Notes: generated by a model not told the origin, from the sequence alone. Counted from the first letter of the stretch, positions 18,119-26,791 are shown. The stretch: 64,000 bases of DNA from a virus (IMGVR_UViG_3300027659_000014:32001-96000); one strand, 5' to 3'. Numbers and translations are program-made.

Positions 18119-19208
18119 TTGTTTTAGTATATCTTAAAACTTTATTTTGTGTGGTTGTATTTACGGTGGTTAGTCCTGTACTACCATATTCTATATTTGA
18201 TAATTCAATAATTTCAGGTTCGACTTGGGGGGTGACTTGGGGGGTATAATGCGTGGTATGATGTGTTAAATAACTTTCAGGAATCTCAATCTCATCATGT
18301 ATGGTATCATGTATGGTATCTTCTTTGTGAGGGACACCAGTGTCCCCCTCTAAATTTTCTGTGAATTTTAACAGAGGGACATCCGTGTCCCCCTGTGAAT
18401 CTTCGTCTTTTCTTTTTCCTTTAAATGCTTGGTTTGTTGCAATAACTAACGTAATTGCTAATGGATCAAAAACAAAGATCAAAATTAAAATAAAAAGATT
18501 TGCGGTTCGTTTAATATCCCAATCAAGTAGTTCACTAACATACTTTAAAGCTCCCAACTCACTTCCCGAAATTTCTTTTGATTCCATGTTTAAGATATTA
18601 ATATCAAGTTGGGTGATACTATCATTCATACTATCAATTCTTTTTGCTATTGTGTCTCTCCTTACTTGTGCTTGTGATAGTTGAGATTCAAATAATTTTC
18701 TATTACCGTCGTTGGCTCTTGTAATTACCTGTCCAGTTCTTCTATCCACAGATTGTGTTGTTGTATTATTAGATACCCCGTCTCTTAACTTAGTAATGTC
18801 TCCGTCTAAAATGTTTTTTTCTTTTGTTAATTCGTCTTTAACTTCTTCAAACCTTTTCTTTTTTACCTCAATATTTTTGACTTGTTTTTCGTTAATTTCA
18901 AGTTTTGCAATATTCCCTTGAAATCCTGTACTTAAAAGTCCGTATATTCCAAGTGAAGTTATTAAAGAAAGGGTCACAAGAGCAATGGACATATAAATTT
19001 TTAAAATTCCATATGTTTCTTTCCATTTGTCGTGAAGATATGTTGCAATTGCAATTTTAGATATCTCAAGAAATGATCCCATAATAATAACGGGTAATGC
19101 CACACCAACAAATACGATTGATAAACCAACAACACTATAATATGCTGCGGTTCCTGACAAACCCAAAGCACAAAATAATAAAAACCAAGGTAAAAATTTT
19201 TCTTTCAT
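18111..19208 (-). CDS. Multi-pass membrane protein with long coiled coil and low-complexity tail
   Basis: Three N-terminal TM helices, coiled coil, TM LFILILIFVFDPLAITLVIA. Confidence 0.75.
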   Translation of the reverse strand: MKEKFLPWFLLFCALGLSGTAAYYSVVGLSIVFVGVALPVIIMGSFLEISKIAIATYLHDKWKETYGILKIYMSIALVTLSLITSLGIYGLLSTGFQGNIAKLEINEKQVKNIEVKKKRFEEVKDELTKEKNILDGDITKLRDGVSNNTTTQSVDRRTGQVITRANDGNRKLFESQLSQAQVRRDTIAKRIDSMNDSITQLDINILNMESKEISGSELGALKYVSELLDWDIKRTANLFILILIFVFDPLAITLVIATNQAFKGKRKDEDSQGDTDVPLLKFTENLEGDTGVPHKEDTIHDTIHDEIEIPESYLTHHTTHYTPQVTPQVEPEIIELSNIEYGSTGLTTVNTTTQNKVLRYTKTND

Positions 19209-19221
19209 AATAATTCTAATA

Positions 19222-19251
19222 TATTTATAAATACTAATATAAGGTATTTAT
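19222..19251. promoter_or_regulatory. Divergent putative late promoters (TATTTAT on both strands)
   Basis: Palindrome TATTTATAAATA at 19222-19233 serves the minus gene; TATTTAT at 19245-19251 lies 6 nt before ATG 19258. Confidence 0.55.
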
Positions 19252-19257
19252 ATAATT

Positions 19258-19677
19258 ATGTCACTACTTAGAGAAACAATACGTAAAGTTTTAATCTTAG
19301 AAAAGAAGATTGCTGAGATCCAAGCAAAACTTACTGTTACCATGAATTTAAGATACCAACAGGTAAATGTACCTGGAATGAAGACCCACGCTGAAATACG
19401 AAAAAAAAGAGATTTTTCAAAAAGTGGTGATATAATTAGAGATTATGATATCTTAAATTCAGTAAAAAAAGTAAAGGATGATATAGTACAATATATTGTC
19501 ATTGGTGAGTTATATGATGGTGTTGAGTTTGTAATTAAAGATGAATCAAGCTTACTTAGTATTGCAATTAGAATAGAAGAAGTTAATCCTTACGAATTTA
19601 ATCTTTTTATTAAAACCGTTATGAGGGATGCTAATTTTTATGTTGGTAGAAATCAACTAGTTATTACCGCAAAATAA
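19258..19677 (+). CDS. Putative BECR-fold (RelE/DUF4258-like) ribonuclease with N-terminal helical tag
   Basis: THAEIRKKR (T-HA-x-x-R-x-x-R) helix and terminal strand FIKTVM; N-term MSLLRETIRKVLILE. Confidence 0.45.
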   Translation: MSLLRETIRKVLILEKKIAEIQAKLTVTMNLRYQQVNVPGMKTHAEIRKKRDFSKSGDIIRDYDILNSVKKVKDDIVQYIVIGELYDGVEFVIKDESSLLSIAIRIEEVNPYEFNLFIKTVMRDANFYVGRNQLVITAK

Positions 19678-19700
19678 ACCCCCACTGGTACCAATGGGGG
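19671..19700 (-). terminator. Rho-independent terminator
   Basis: Minus strand CCCCCAUUG-GUAC-CAGUGGGGG followed by UUUAUUUU; the G:U pair favours minus. Confidence 0.85.
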
Positions 19701-19805
19701 AGTGTAATTTCATCTTACATCACGAGTAAGATTGAGGATTTTCACCTAGAGAACATCGTGTCTCATTCCGCCGAGTTGTAAGGGTAATCTCGGTTCAACC
19801 CTTTT
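19701..19805 (-). ncRNA. Putative structured RNA: H-type pseudoknot, kissing-loop pair and T-loop-like hairpin
   Basis: GC-enriched non-coding gap; pairings 19780-85/19798-803, 19771-75/19789-93, 19749-52/19761-64, 19735-37/19745-47, 19712-18/19726-32; loop-loop 19721-25/19756-60. Confidence 0.6.
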
Positions 19806-19810
19806 TGTAA

Positions 19811-20257
19811 TTAACGATCCTCTATTGTAAATCCTTGAGAATCAACCTCAGGTCCATTATCAATTAACATTTCAACTTTGATTTCTCCATCAACAAATCT
19901 TGACACAGAACAGAATTCAATTTCAACATCCTCATTAAGATTCATTTTAAACTCGTTATACTGTTCCTCAGTTTCAAATGACCCAACTTGACTTGCCGGT
20001 GATTGGTAAACTTTTAGACGATACGAACCAAATGGATTTTTAAGTTCAGAAACTTCCATAATAAGATTATCAAACTTATAATTATCAGTACCATCTTCGG
20101 TTACAAATTTCCCATCATTATCCCTTTTTAATGTTTGAGAATAATGGTACCCACAATTACCACAATTTATATAATCTTCACCTGTTTTGTAATAGAAATC
20201 GCTAAACGCTTCTTGTTTACAATTTGGACATTCAATATAATCAATTACACTTCCCAT
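19811..20257 (-). CDS. Zinc-ribbon protein (148 aa)
   Basis: CPNC...CGNC at the N-terminus; own host-type promoter. Confidence 0.8.
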   Translation of the reverse strand: MGSVIDYIECPNCKQEAFSDFYYKTGEDYINCGNCGYHYSQTLKRDNDGKFVTEDGTDNYKFDNLIMEVSELKNPFGSYRLKVYQSPASQVGSFETEEQYNEFKMNLNEDVEIEFCSVSRFVDGEIKVEMLIDNGPEVDSQGFTIEDR

Positions 20258-20272
20258 TTTTTTATTTTTTTA

Positions 20273-20304
20273 CAAAGATATATAACTTATTTTAATTTGC
20301 CAAA
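20273..20304 (-). promoter_or_regulatory. Complete Bacteroidota sigma-A promoter
   Basis: TTTG-N20-TATCTTTG, matching the -33/-7 consensus. Confidence 0.75.
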
Positions 20305-20310
20305 TTTTTA

Positions 20311-21111
20311 TTATAAATAGTCAAATAATTCTGAACTATCGTTTCTTAATCTTCTTAACGCCTTTTCTTTTATTTGTCTAACTCTTTCTTTTGTTAATCC
20401 AAAATCACTCCCAATATCTTCCAAAGTTCTTGGTGTTCCTGTGATCCCAAAATAATCGCCAATAATTGATTTTTCACGATCATCTAAATTATTTAATAAA
20501 TTTAACATTTTTTCTTTTAAAATATCGTTTGTATTAAAAATGGCATCAGGAGCTTCAGCCTCTTGATTAACAATCATATCAATAAGGGTATCACCGTCTT
20601 CATTTATTTTCATGTCTAAATCAACAATAGATGGTAATCCAGTAAACTTATCATCCATTTTATTTCCAGATTGTTCAACTTCTTTTTTCGCCCTATGTAA
20701 ATCTTGTACAACATTAACTGGTAATCTTATTGTTCTCGAATTATCATTTAATGATTGTAAAATTGATTGTTTAACCCACCATACTGCGTATGAAATAAAT
20801 CTAAGATCTTTATTCCAATCAAAATTTTTAATTGCTTTCAGTAAACCATGATTACCCTCAGCAATTAGATCTTGTAAATCTAATCCTTGGTTTTGATATT
20901 GTTTTGCAACTGTTATAACAAACCTTAAGTTACCCACAAGTAATTCTTCTTCAATTTGTTTTTTTTCAATTTCAGAAATATTATCTGATTTCATTTTTAT
21001 CGCCAAAGTTTTTTCCCTTTCTGGTGACATAACTTTAATTTTTCTAATATCTTTAAGATAGTAATATACTTCTTCTTGATTAATTGGGATTCCTAAATTT
21101 TTACTTTTCAT
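20311..21111 (-). CDS. rpoD: RNA polymerase sigma-70 factor, Bacteroidota primary-sigma-like
   Basis: Region 1.2 YLKDI, region 2 NLRFVITVAKQYQNQGL and RFISYAVWWVKQSILQSL, RTIRLP, region 4 TLEDIG..FGLTKERVRQIKEKAL; no region 1.1. Confidence 0.92.
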   Translation of the reverse strand: MKSKNLGIPINQEEVYYYLKDIRKIKVMSPEREKTLAIKMKSDNISEIEKKQIEEELLVGNLRFVITVAKQYQNQGLDLQDLIAEGNHGLLKAIKNFDWNKDLRFISYAVWWVKQSILQSLNDNSRTIRLPVNVVQDLHRAKKEVEQSGNKMDDKFTGLPSIVDLDMKINEDGDTLIDMIVNQEAEAPDAIFNTNDILKEKMLNLLNNLDDREKSIIGDYFGITGTPRTLEDIGSDFGLTKERVRQIKEKALRRLRNDSSELFDYL

Positions 21112-21117
21112 TTTTTT

Positions 21118-21615
21118 TTAATTTAATTGTGAATATTCGTCTAATTTTTGTTTTTCTAAATCTGTTAAAGATTCTAAACCACTATCTATAATTTTATCCA
21201 ACAATTCATCTAATGTTAGATTACAACGTTGATTAAAGTTCTTAATTAAATTAAGAAAATCAAATGGGTCATTGTCAAAAAAATTAAGTTCTTTTTTTTG
21301 TTTTGGTTTTCTTGTTTTTTTCAAAGATAAAAGATAATCAAGATGCTCTTTTGGTATATTAGAAGAGGTTTTATTTGGTTTTGGTATTAAAAAATATTGA
21401 GTACTGCCCAAGTTGATAAAAATAAAATTAACCCATTCTGACACATATTCAATATGTAAGTCTGATGAAAAATGGATAATTGCATTTTTTTCACCAGAAA
21501 TTAATTTGGCTTCGTTTGATGTCATTTCTTTTGATACTTCAAATGCGATCTCTTTTGTTTTTTCTTCTGAGTTTTCTATGGTTTCATCGTAGAAAATAAA
21601 AAGTAAGTAATTCAT
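21118..21615 (-). CDS. Protein with DUF6576-like C-terminal helical domain
   Basis: LDELLDKIIDSGLESLTDLEKQKL; start moved to ATG 21615 because a TATATTTG element lies at 21639-21646. Confidence 0.65.
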   Translation of the reverse strand: MNYLLFIFYDETIENSEEKTKEIAFEVSKEMTSNEAKLISGEKNAIIHFSSDLHIEYVSEWVNFIFINLGSTQYFLIPKPNKTSSNIPKEHLDYLLSLKKTRKPKQKKELNFFDNDPFDFLNLIKNFNQRCNLTLDELLDKIIDSGLESLTDLEKQKLDEYSQLN

Positions 21616-21665
21616 ATGTGTGTTTTTAATTGTTTTTACAAATATAGGAATAAAATTATAATAAA

Positions 21666-24038
21666 TCACAAAACTTTTGAAAAATTATTTTCTTTTTTAA
21701 TTTTAACCACATGATCCCCCCATGTACCCACAATACTATTGTGACTAATAACAAAAATCTTTTCAAAGTAATCCTTGATCTTTGTAAAGAACTCATATAC
21801 CATCTCTAAGTTGTCATTGGCAATTTTTCCAAACACCTCATCTAAAACCACAAGATTTGGTTTTGGTAAACTTGAGATCTTGGTAAGAACAGATCTTAAA
21901 GCTAAAGATGAAATTGTCTTTTCAAATCCTGAACCTGAAGTCATTAATTTTTCAATACCCGTTTCATTATCGGTCATAATAAACTCGACTTCATTTTTAT
22001 CGTTGATTCGAACTTCCAATTTAAAGTAACAAGAATCTTCCATTAATCTTTGTAGTTCAGAGTTTATTAGTGGCATCATGGTTTTCATAATCATTTTAGA
22101 TATACCATTCTTACCATAAATTTCTAAGTAAATCTTATATATTTTATCTTTTTTCTCTTCTTCTTTTATTGTTTCAATTTTATTTTTATTAAGATCAATT
22201 TTTTCTTCAAGTGATTTAATTGATGATTCACTTGTAGTAATTGAATTACTAATTGTTCTTCTTTGGATTTCCAAATCATCTAATCTAATGTCAGCTTTTA
22301 TTAATAATGAATCAATCTTTTGGTTTTCTTGAATTTTATCTTGTATCTCTTCCCACCTTTTAATCTTATCGTTTAATGATTCAATTTTTAAATCACAACT
22401 TTCAATACTTAATTCATACTTTTCTTTAATGAGTTTGTTTTTTTCATACTCATCAAATTCTTTTTTAAGTTGTACAAAACTTTGTTCTTTGCTTGATAAA
22501 ACATGCATAAGTGTCGTTTTTGTGTTTTTTTGCACAATTAACCCATCAAGTTCTGTAATTTTTGCGTTGGTGATCGATGCGTTCATTAACTCAATTCCAC
22601 AATGAGAACATTTAATTCCTCCCTCTACTTCTGATTTTAATTTAGTTATTGATTCAATTTCAGTGTCAAGTTTAATTGTCTCTTTATAAACTTCATTATA
22701 TTGTTCTTTAACCTCGTCATGTTTATTTTCATAATAAAACTCAGATGGTTCAACAACTTTGATTTCGGATATTTTTAATAAAAAACCATTCTTATCTCTT
22801 TCAATTTCTTGTATCTCAACTCTTGTTTTATCAGGTTTTAACAAACTTAACTCATGATTAATATTTGTATGTTTTTTCTTTAACATATCATCACGATATG
22901 ATTTACCCTTTGTAATTGCATCATTAACATTAAACAAACTTTGTTCATTAGTTTTAATTTGAACCTTTAATTCTAAAATTGATTCTTGATGTGTTTCAAT
23001 CTCACTTTTTAATTGTTCTGAAGAATAAATGTTTGATATCTTTTGTTTTGAGAAATCCCCATATATTTCTTTGGCAACTTCTTCTTTTCTTTTTAAAAAT
23101 TCAAGACCCATAAATCTTGACAATACTTGTCCTCTTGATGTTGGTTTTGCTTCTAACAAATCTTCAAGATTTGATCCTGTTGTTAGAATTGTAGTTAAAA
23201 AATCTTCTTTTGTTCCAATTGAGTTTTTAATAAAAGATTCAGTTTCTCTTCTTTGTTCTCCAGTAAAGTTTAATAATGTTCCATCTGATAATTTTTTAAA
23301 AAAATCCAACTCTGTTTTAACATTCGATTCATTTTTTTTGGATATTTTTCTTTCAATGTTTCTAACAATAACATAATCCTCACCGTCAATTGTAATTTCA
23401 CCTTTAACATGAACCTTGTCTTTGTTTGAATACCTGTTAAATATTTCTTCGGCTTTTGTGGTCTTGGTTGTTTCATTAAAAAACAAGAACATTAATAAAT
23501 CTACAGTAAGAACTGTTTTACCACCAAAATTTGGTGGATCAGACTCAACAACCACAATACCATTTAATTTATCAAAATCTAATTTTTGATTTTCACCATA
23601 TGATAAAAAGTTTGAAAATTCAATGTTTCTAATATACCACTTTTTAAATTGAGATTGATTTTCTTCATCACCAGACATTTTGTTTTCAACCATATTATTA
23701 ATTGATAACACATCTTCTGTCATATGATTATAATCTTTTGAAACAAGAAAGTTTTTTATAAGATCCAACTGATAGTTTTTATCAGTAATATTAACGGAAA
23801 CGTCAATACTTTGTGTTATATCAGTTTCAAATATTTTTGATTTAGTCAGGACATTAACATTAGTTGTGTTATATTTTTTTTGAAAGTAATATTTAACACT
23901 TTTGATCTTGTCTTGTGTAAAGTTTTCTGGTAAATCCTCCCAAACAACTTGAACTGTTGGGTTTTCAAATACAGAAAAGTCTAAATTTTTTATCATTATA
24001 TTATAATTAAATAATTTTGGGGGATTAAATAAATCCAC
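21666..24038 (-). CDS. sbcC: SbcC/Rad50 (T4 gp46-like) ATPase
   Basis: IEFSNFLSYG, Walker A PPNFGGKT, zinc hook CSHC within coiled coil, signature SGSGFEK, Walker B VVLDEVFG, VISH. Confidence 0.92.
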   Translation of the reverse strand: MDLFNPPKLFNYNIMIKNLDFSVFENPTVQVVWEDLPENFTQDKIKSVKYYFQKKYNTTNVNVLTKSKIFETDITQSIDVSVNITDKNYQLDLIKNFLVSKDYNHMTEDVLSINNMVENKMSGDEENQSQFKKWYIRNIEFSNFLSYGENQKLDFDKLNGIVVVESDPPNFGGKTVLTVDLLMFLFFNETTKTTKAEEIFNRYSNKDKVHVKGEITIDGEDYVIVRNIERKISKKNESNVKTELDFFKKLSDGTLLNFTGEQRRETESFIKNSIGTKEDFLTTILTTGSNLEDLLEAKPTSRGQVLSRFMGLEFLKRKEEVAKEIYGDFSKQKISNIYSSEQLKSEIETHQESILELKVQIKTNEQSLFNVNDAITKGKSYRDDMLKKKHTNINHELSLLKPDKTRVEIQEIERDKNGFLLKISEIKVVEPSEFYYENKHDEVKEQYNEVYKETIKLDTEIESITKLKSEVEGGIKCSHCGIELMNASITNAKITELDGLIVQKNTKTTLMHVLSSKEQSFVQLKKEFDEYEKNKLIKEKYELSIESCDLKIESLNDKIKRWEEIQDKIQENQKIDSLLIKADIRLDDLEIQRRTISNSITTSESSIKSLEEKIDLNKNKIETIKEEEKKDKIYKIYLEIYGKNGISKMIMKTMMPLINSELQRLMEDSCYFKLEVRINDKNEVEFIMTDNETGIEKLMTSGSGFEKTISSLALRSVLTKISSLPKPNLVVLDEVFGKIANDNLEMVYEFFTKIKDYFEKIFVISHNSIVGTWGDHVVKIKKENNFSKVL

Positions 24039-24042
24039 TTTT

Positions 24043-24279
24043 TTATTTTTCTATGTTAATATTTTTTTCGTCTATAACTATATTATTTTTTACCTCTTCA
24101 ACAACTTCAAAACCTAAATCTTGACCATTCAATTCAACATTTAAGTTTTTAGTTTCTGACATCATTTTTTGAGCCTCAAACATTTTTTCAATTGCCTTTT
24201 TCATTGCGTATTTTTCTACTGTAATTTTTTGGTTTCTTTTTTCTACTTTTGCTCTATGAGCTTTTGACGACTTTCCCAT
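24043..24279 (-). CDS. Hypothetical protein (78 aa)
   Basis: Basic N-terminus; in operon. Confidence 0.7.
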   Translation of the reverse strand: MGKSSKAHRAKVEKRNQKITVEKYAMKKAIEKMFEAQKMMSETKNLNVELNGQDLGFEVVEEVKNNIVIDEKNINIEK

Positions 24280-24302
24280 TTTTATTTATTTTATTTTATT
24301 TA

Positions 24303-24665
24303 TTACTCTTCAATGTTGGTGTTTGGTCTATTTTCTTCAAACCATTCAATTATTGCGTTAATCCCCCAAACTGATCCAGCGGATAACATTCCATCAAAAA
24401 ATACGGAATAATATTGGTTAAGTCCAATAAAATGTGAAATAGGTGAAAAAAAACATAAGGATAAGAAAAAACCAACCCATGTGCTTGTACACAATATACA
24501 TTTTATTAATTCAGACACAAAAGAAAACACAGGTGTAAATAAAACCCACCCAGTGTTTGGTTGTGCGTTTTTGTGTATCCATTTTCTCAACCCATTAAAG
24601 ATTGACCCGTAAACAAGTATTGTTGTCATACCATATGCAACAATCATAAAAATTAAAACTTCCAT
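24303..24665 (-). CDS. DUF1360-like membrane protein
   Basis: TM helices with LIKCILCTSTWVG (CxxC-x-x-x-W) motif. Confidence 0.65.
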   Translation of the reverse strand: MEVLIFMIVAYGMTTILVYGSIFNGLRKWIHKNAQPNTGWVLFTPVFSFVSELIKCILCTSTWVGFFLSLCFFSPISHFIGLNQYYSVFFDGMLSAGSVWGINAIIEWFEENRPNTNIEE

Positions 24666-25318
24666 TATATTCTATTATTTAAATTTGATCCCCTAAGATA
24701 AACAGCTCCTTTATTTGAACTGAGATTCTCAAGATCTCGGTTTATTTTTTCTAATTCTTTTATTCTTTCGTTTTTTGTTTGAAGTTCTTTCCTGAGAGAT
24801 ATTAATGTTTCTTGTAACATTTCCACCCTATCATTTGGTTTCTCAACTTCTTTGATGACTTCAACTATTTTTTCCACCTCTTTGATTATTTCAACTGGTG
24901 GTTCGTCTAAAGTAATGTCTAAAATAATGTCTAAATTACGTCTAAGTTCGTCTAATTTTTCATCCTTTTTAGACATTTCTTCTTCCAACTGTTTGATTTT
25001 TAATAACAGTTCATTTTCACCACTTTTGTCACAAATGTATTCTATTTTTGTGACAATTTTCTCAACCTCCCTTATAACTTCAACGGGTACTTCCACCCGT
25101 ATTTCCTCAATCTCACCTGTTTTTAAGTCTTTTTCTCCTTCATTAAGTGTTTCCCCCAAAAGGCCAAACTTCTTAATGTCAAAACCTTGTTTGAAACAAA
25201 GGTAGATAAAATTGTCTTTATCCTCAATATTGTTTGCATCACAAAATGAAGACACCGACTGCATTATTGTTTTATTAAATATTTTGGAGTCTTTCTGTTC
25301 CATTCTCAATATCTTCAA
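24665..25318 (-). CDS. Coiled-coil protein with V-E-K-I-V repeats
   Basis: EVPVEVIREVEKIV and IIKEVEKIVEVIKEVEK; true start may be ATG 25303. Confidence 0.75.
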   Translation of the reverse strand: MKILRMEQKDSKIFNKTIMQSVSSFCDANNIEDKDNFIYLCFKQGFDIKKFGLLGETLNEGEKDLKTGEIEEIRVEVPVEVIREVEKIVTKIEYICDKSGENELLLKIKQLEEEMSKKDEKLDELRRNLDIILDITLDEPPVEIIKEVEKIVEVIKEVEKPNDRVEMLQETLISLRKELQTKNERIKELEKINRDLENLSSNKGAVYLRGSNLNNRI

Positions 25319-26054
25319 ATGATTTTATGGTGAACTTTAAAAATGGTTTTGGATTTGGTAGATCAACATAATCATAACCTTTTGTCACAACATCGTATAT
25401 ACCATATCCGTGTTTACCAATACTTTCACCAATATTTTGTTGTATTGGACTTCCAATCATATAACCTTTACCCGTCTTAAACTTAAATTCTTGTCTTTTA
25501 TGAATGTCCCCACATAATACGGATTCAAGTCCATTAAACTTTTCTACGTCATAAGCCTCCTCACCAAAATCAAATCCAAGATCCGTTTTCATTCCTTGAA
25601 TTGGACCGTGAAACAACCCAATTCTTTTTCCTTTAGCATCTGTTAAATCAGGAGGAATATTTCCTTGATACTGTGAATACACACACCAACTAATGTTTTC
25701 ATCTTCGTAAACACCTCTATCTTTATAGTAAACAATATTATTACTATTTAAAGAATTTATAATCGGAGATAGTGCGTCTAACCTTTCTGTATTATTTACT
25801 AAAAAATCATGATTTCCAGGAATTATAATTATTTTACAAATGTTAGAACATTCAGTTAATAACCATGAAACAATATCTATTAGTTCCGGTGTGAGTTGAT
25901 TTTTAGAATGAACAAGGTCACCCGTAAAAATAATCCTATCAGGTTTTAATTCTTTCCATTGATCAATCGCCGTTTCTAATATTGATCGATACAAATCGTG
26001 GTCTTTGAAAAGACGGATGTGTAAGTCAGAAAAGTGTACTAAAGTTTTAATCAT
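25275..26054 (-). CDS. sbcD: SbcD/Mre11 (T4 gp47-like) metallophosphoesterase nuclease
   Basis: HFSDLH, TGDLVH, PGNHD, LFHG, GDIH motifs; start moved to ATG 26054. Confidence 0.92.
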   Translation of the reverse strand: MIKTLVHFSDLHIRLFKDHDLYRSILETAIDQWKELKPDRIIFTGDLVHSKNQLTPELIDIVSWLLTECSNICKIIIIPGNHDFLVNNTERLDALSPIINSLNSNNIVYYKDRGVYEDENISWCVYSQYQGNIPPDLTDAKGKRIGLFHGPIQGMKTDLGFDFGEEAYDVEKFNGLESVLCGDIHKRQEFKFKTGKGYMIGSPIQQNIGESIGKHGYGIYDVVTKGYDYVDLPNPKPFLKFTIKSFEDIENGTERLQNI

Positions 26055-26229
26055 TTTTACTTCTATTAAATGGTTCTTTCTTAAAGAAATATCCGGAGAT
26101 ATCAACATACCTTAATAGTTCAATATTACCTTCAACAGTTGTTGTTCCTTTTGATGATTTAAGCATTGCAATTTTGTATCCAAATCGGTTCGATAACCAT
26201 TTAATAAATAATGCGGGGTATCTTTTCAT
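26047..26229 (-). CDS. Hypothetical protein (60 aa)
   Basis: 8-bp overlap with the sbcD start. Confidence 0.6.
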   Translation of the reverse strand: MKRYPALFIKWLSNRFGYKIAMLKSSKGTTTVEGNIELLRYVDISGYFFKKEPFNRSKND

Positions 26230-26341
26230 ATTTTATATTGTTTTATTTTTATATCTTCAACACACAAAAAAAATTTTGGTTATCTAAGTTTTCTTAAAAT
26301 ATATTTTAATAATTTGTATCTTAATTTATATATCATATTAT

Positions 26342-26791
26342 TTAATTGTTCGGTTTAACCGTTATCGTATATTTTCTAGTATAACTAGAATCCTCATTTT
26401 TTACTAACACACCTAACACAGGTGTAAACCCATCTGGGTCATACATAACTGGCGTAATAACAACATTTATGTTAGAGTTTTCTAATTGGGTTTTAATTTG
26501 TTGGGTTATTAACATCTCATTAATTTCTGTAATTACATACTTATCCTTTAACGGTGGTTTGTAACCATATTCCGTTTCTTGTCTCCGCTTCAACCAATTG
26601 TTTGCGGTCAAGTATAAACTTTTATAATTAGTATTCTTTTTAAAATTTTCGATGTTATTTAGAATGTCGTCAATTTGTTGTTTAGAATATTCCAACCTTA
26701 ATTTATTAAATTCATCGACGCTTAAACTTAAATGTGCGAATGCCCTATATGTATTTTCTTTATTATTCTTGTTTGTTGTTATTTTTTTCAT
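26342..26791 (-). CDS. Hypothetical protein; N-half resembles a replication-initiator C-terminal domain
   Basis: [16 protein letters not shown]...[28 protein letters not shown]. Confidence 0.55.
   Translation of the reverse strand: MKKITTNKNNKENTYRAFAHLSLSVDEFNKLRLEYSKQQIDDILNNIENFKKNTNYKSLYLTANNWLKRRQETEYGYKPPLKDKYVITEINEMLITQQIKTQLENSNINVVITPVMYDPDGFTPVLGVLVKNEDSSYTRKYTITVKPNN

Noticed and set aside
19701-19805. tRNA, FMN or cobalamin riboswitch, or hammerhead ribozyme
   Set aside because: Only the GGUGAAAAUCC T-loop-like hairpin matches; no cloverleaf, no CUGAnGA core, no other conserved riboswitch blocks; lies 3' of a gene
1-21111. Bacterial chromosome origin (glnII, trxA, dnaJ, rpoD)
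   Set aside because: These genes are scattered among phage ORFans without their usual operon partners and share phage promoter motifs with the baseplate region
26280-26336. 18-aa minus-strand mini-ORF MIYKLRYKLLKYILRKLR
   Set aside because: Too short to support; may be a gene remnant
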